Under the pieces are notes generated by a model. The model ran no database searches. It saw only the letters and a program-made list of their open reading frames with translations, and had not been told where the DNA came from. From an uncultured virus (IMG/VR IMGVR_UViG_3300031281_000001) (lineage: Duplodnaviria > Heunggongvirae > Uroviricota > Caudoviricetes), in the IMG/VR virus record IMGVR_UViG_3300031281_000001: a DNA stretch of 20,000 bases; one strand, given 5' to 3'. Positions 17,148-20,000 of this stretch are shown piece by piece; positions within the stretch are counted from its first letter, which is position 1, and each line of letters starts with the position of its first letter. The translations under genes and the position numbers were made by a program.

Positions 17148-17237
17148 TTAATATTCAGGCGGTACTGGTGGGTCTGGATCAATACCTCCCCCATCCGGCG
17201 GAGCCATTAATTTTATTTTTTTAAGTCGTTTTTTCAT
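17148..17237 (-). CDS. 29-aa peptide with basic leader and Pro/Asp/Gly-rich tail (not in ORF track)
   Basis: MKKRLKKIKLMAPPDGGGIDPDPPVPPEY*. Fills the gap between LamG stop (17250) and next ATG (17144); locally GC-rich in AT-rich surroundings. Confidence 0.55.
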   Translation of the reverse strand: MKKRLKKIKLMAPPDGGGIDPDPPVPPEY

Positions 17238-17249
17238 ATTATAAATTTT

Positions 17250-17855
17250 TTATTCATTATATAAGGCTGTTATTTCCTGCTCGGTTAATGCGCGGTTGTA
17301 AATTCTTATATCATCTATTGAACCATTTGTAAATTGTCCCGAACTACTTTTACCAATAAACGAATTTTGAGAACCTGTTGCTATGGGTTCGAGAAAAGTA
17401 TTTTCCAAAATCCCATTTACGTACAAACGGGTATAGATTCCATCATTAGTCCCAACCAAATGATACCAATTTTCAATTGCCATCGTAGTAGATGATTCAT
17501 TGGTTTCATCTTCTCCTCCTGATGACCCGTCGAAAAGACAAAAGAATTTTCCAGGAGTAAATCTTGAATAATAACAAACAAAATACCCTGAATAAGTAAG
17601 CATACATTTAATTACCTCATTTATGTTCACTGGCTTTAACCATAGTGAAACAGTTATTCCGGTATAACCTGCAGTACTGATTGTTCCTAAGCCAATATAA
17701 TCATTTATTCCATCAAAACTATAAGCTTTGTTAGGATTTCCTTTTCTATCAGTTGTTAAGGTAGCACCGTAAACAGTTCCATTATGTCCATTGCCGCTCT
17801 CGTCGTTAGCGTTGCCATTAAATGGCCAATAAGCCATGAGACCTTCAGTAGGCAT
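17250..17855 (-). CDS. LamG / concanavalin A-like lectin domain protein
   Basis: GLMAYWPFNGNANDESGNGHNGTVYGATLTTDR..AYSFDG, TVSLWLK, WYHLVGT, LYVNG, GSIDDIRIYNRALTEQEI. True start may be 17902 across an A11 tract. Confidence 0.9.
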   Translation of the reverse strand: MPTEGLMAYWPFNGNANDESGNGHNGTVYGATLTTDRKGNPNKAYSFDGINDYIGLGTISTAGYTGITVSLWLKPVNINEVIKCMLTYSGYFVCYYSRFTPGKFFCLFDGSSGGEDETNESSTTMAIENWYHLVGTNDGIYTRLYVNGILENTFLEPIATGSQNSFIGKSSSGQFTNGSIDDIRIYNRALTEQEITALYNE

Positions 17856-17864
17856 GCCTACTGA

Positions 17865-17875
17865 TTTTTTTTTTT
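17865..17875 (-). repeat. A11 homopolymer (T11 on +) between ATG 17902 and the LamG reading frame
   Basis: + strand ctga(t)11caata; one extra A would join the two frames. Confidence 0.8.
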
Positions 17876-17903
17876 CAATATAGGATATAATGGAAATGTC
17901 ATA

Positions 17904-18440
17904 TTACCAAGTTTTTTTAGTCCACCCTGTTGCAACAGTCGATTGAACTTCTGAAATTGTTAATATAGTAATATTTATAGTATCTAATTGTCTTATTATC
18001 TCCATTTCAGAGGCTTTTAAATATTCGGATATAGATGCTAATCCACCAGCAGGATTTGTATAAAAAATAAGCTCATCGCCAGAATTTTCAAACCAAACCT
18101 CGGCCCCATCTAAAAACCAATCCTTGAATTTTCTAACAACGTCAATTACGTTTAGCCGAAAAGGCAAACCAGACGGTACGTCGGTAGTACCAAAAGATTT
18201 TGGCATTCTAATTCCAGCGAGATATTCTTCAACTTCCCCGGATTCGGCAAGGATATCAAGTAATTCTTGTTGTGTTAATACTATTTTTTGTTCCGTACTT
18301 GCATTGATATCGTTAATTATAACACTTCCATTACTTCTATTTACAGTTAATTCAGTATTAACATCAACGCGGTCTTGGAACCAATTTTTTAAATTGCCAC
18401 CTGTTTGAACAGACGAAATTGGTAATATTATTTTTGCCAT
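17904..18440 (-). CDS. Hypothetical protein
   Basis: 178-aa ORF packed between neighbours on the coding strand; no family recognised. Confidence 0.6.
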   Translation of the reverse strand: MAKIILPISSVQTGGNLKNWFQDRVDVNTELTVNRSNGSVIINDINASTEQKIVLTQQELLDILAESGEVEEYLAGIRMPKSFGTTDVPSGLPFRLNVIDVVRKFKDWFLDGAEVWFENSGDELIFYTNPAGGLASISEYLKASEMEIIRQLDTINITILTISEVQSTVATGWTKKTW

Positions 18441-18451
18441 TTTTTAATCGT

Positions 18452-18964
18452 TTAAATTGTTATTGTTTCAATTGAGTAAAAGGTTTCGTTTTCTGCGTCA
18501 ACAATAATTGAATAAATTATTTTACTTCCTACTGTCGTCGGATACCAGTTTTCCTCACTATCATCAACCGAATTATCAGTGCGGGTTCCAAATGTTGAAT
18601 CGGGTTGTGGAATTGAATAATTTCCACTCCCACTTATTTTTAAAATGATGCAATATGATGATCCAGCTACTTTATTAGACAACGATAATGATGTTAAATT
18701 GCTTGTTACAAGCATTTTCTGCACATTCCCATTATCCATATCAAATATTTTAGTCGCTGAAAAAGTATCTGTTATTACACCCCCTTTTACTTGCCCCAAA
18801 AAATCTACATTTGAAACTACTGATTGATCTGTTTCAATTATTGTATCAAGTTTATTTTCAACATCTGGAATAATAAGATGTTTAATCTTAGGCTCTTCTA
18901 TTTCTACTCCCGCCCCAGGAGTATTCTCCTTTAATATATCAGCATATACAATTCGCTTTCCCAT
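18452..18964 (-). CDS. Hypothetical virion/fibre-associated beta-rich protein
   Basis: FDMDNGNVQKMLVTSNLTSLSLSNKVAGSSYCIILKISGSGNYSI resembles a beta-sandwich module often seen in phage fibre proteins (recognition from memory). Confidence 0.5.
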   Translation of the reverse strand: MGKRIVYADILKENTPGAGVEIEEPKIKHLIIPDVENKLDTIIETDQSVVSNVDFLGQVKGGVITDTFSATKIFDMDNGNVQKMLVTSNLTSLSLSNKVAGSSYCIILKISGSGNYSIPQPDSTFGTRTDNSVDDSEENWYPTTVGSKIIYSIIVDAENETFYSIETITI

Positions 18965-19015
18965 ATTTTTAATACTATTATGTATCTATTTTTTTTACGT
19001 TTAATTAATTTTAAA

Positions 19016-20000
19016 TCAATTAGTAATTGTGTCTGTTGAACCGTCAGTATTTAATCGTACAATCCGATTATAAGAAACTCCGTTGTAATAAGTAAAAAAT
19101 CCACCAATTACATACTTTCCATCAGTTTGTTTTGCTATAGTCCACGGAGTACTTGTAGTAAATCCAGCTCCTAAATCAAATGATGAATCTACACTACCAT
19201 TACTATTTAATTGTAATATTCTTGAATAAGTATCACCATTATAAGCAGTAAAATTACCAATTAATAATATTTTGTTATCATCTAGTAGTACCCCCCCATA
19301 CACACTTGAATTGAATCCACCCCCAATAACAAATGTTTCATCTATAGATCCATCTGTATCTAATCTAATTATTTTACTATAACTAATATCCTTATAAGTA
19401 GTGGCCCCTCCTCCAACAATAAATTTACCATCAGATTGCATGATTATCATATATGAATGACTATTAAATCCTGTTCCAACTACAAACGATGTATCAATAC
19501 TTCCGTCTGTATCTAATCTTATAATTCGATTATACGATTCACCTTGATATGTAGTAAAAGAACCAATAACAACTGCTTTATCATCACTTTGTATTGCTAT
19601 ACCTCTAACTACATCATCAAATCCTGTTCCTACAACGAATGAAGTATCTATAGATCCATTACTATTTAATTGTATAATATTCTTAGATGCTTCACTTTGA
19701 TAAGTATCAAAAGATCCACCAACTAAAATCTGACCAGTAGAAGTAATTGATATACATCTAACATCCGGATCACTCGTTGATCCAAAACCAGATCCTATTA
19801 CAAACGATGTATCAATACTTCCATCTGAATTTAATCGTATAATACTACTATATGATTCCCCTTTATAAGTTGTAAAATCACCACCAACTAAAATCTTACC
19901 ATCAGATTGTACTTTAATACACAATACTAAACCATCAAAACCAGTACCTATATCAAACGAATCATCTACAGTGCCATCATCATTCAAACGAATTAGATAA
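19016..20000 (-). CDS. Delta-60 repeat (DUF5122-like) beta-propeller protein, 5' end outside the window
   Basis: Six complete 51-55-aa repeats of consensus N/D-x-DGSIDTSF..G.GF...V..I..QSDGKILVGG.FTTY.G.SY..IIRL; frame is open to position 20000 (..YLIRLNDDG). Confidence 0.88.
   Translation of the reverse strand, partial: YLIRLNDDGTVDDSFDIGTGFDGLVLCIKVQSDGKILVGGDFTTYKGESYSSIIRLNSDGSIDTSFVIGSGFGSTSDPDVRCISITSTGQILVGGSFDTYQSEASKNIIQLNSNGSIDTSFVVGTGFDDVVRGIAIQSDDKAVVIGSFTTYQGESYNRIIRLDTDGSIDTSFVVGTGFNSHSYMIIMQSDGKFIVGGGATTYKDISYSKIIRLDTDGSIDETFVIGGGFNSSVYGGVLLDDNKILLIGNFTAYNGDTYSRILQLNSNGSVDSSFDLGAGFTTSTPWTIAKQTDGKYVIGGFFTYYNGVSYNRIVRLNTDGSTDTITN

Noticed and set aside
292..18827. All plus-strand ORFs in the track (60-102 aa)
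   Set aside because: They lie antisense to well-supported minus-strand genes, show no recognisable motifs, and look like shadow ORFs.
19016..20000. CRISPR array or DGR from DNA repeats (e.g. aaacgatgtatcaatacttcc near 19484 and 19802)
   Set aside because: Repeats are in-frame coding units of the delta-60 protein (318 nt = two repeats); no spacer structure, cas or reverse transcriptase gene in the window.
1..20000. Alternative genetic code (stop-codon reassignment)
   Set aside because: Genes are full length and densely tiled under the standard code, with TAA, TGA and TAG all used as stops at gene junctions.

Overview
An AT-rich segment of a tailed (Caudoviricetes, HK97-fold) phage or prophage. 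All credible genes lie on the minus strand and are tightly coupled. Read in transcription order (20000 to 1): a delta-60-repeat beta-propeller (partial), two hypothetical virion-like proteins, a LamG-domain protein, a 29-aa Pro-rich peptide, two membrane proteins, a DUF1073-type portal, an SPP1 gp7/Mu gpF-type head protein, a multidomain DUF2213-type prohead protease/scaffold, a decoration protein, an encapsulin-like major capsid protein and a small hypothetical. A ~8.8 kb, 12-gene cassette follows, then the head-tail adaptor, head-closure and HK97 gp10-like neck genes. The cassette encodes about 8 glycosyltransferase-like proteins (Maf/DUF115-like, GT11, three GT2-like, GT47-like, GT34-like, GT8-like), 2 SAM methyltransferases, a nucleotide-sugar SDR and a sulfotransferase. 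The main point of interest is this apparently soluble glycan-building and tailoring pathway inside the virion assembly operon, a candidate virion glycosylation system. Secondary signals: an A11 tract that separates the LamG gene from its likely start, in-frame internal starts and extra domains in the protease gene, and a peptide/membrane-protein pair. All family calls come from motif recognition by eye, not database searches.
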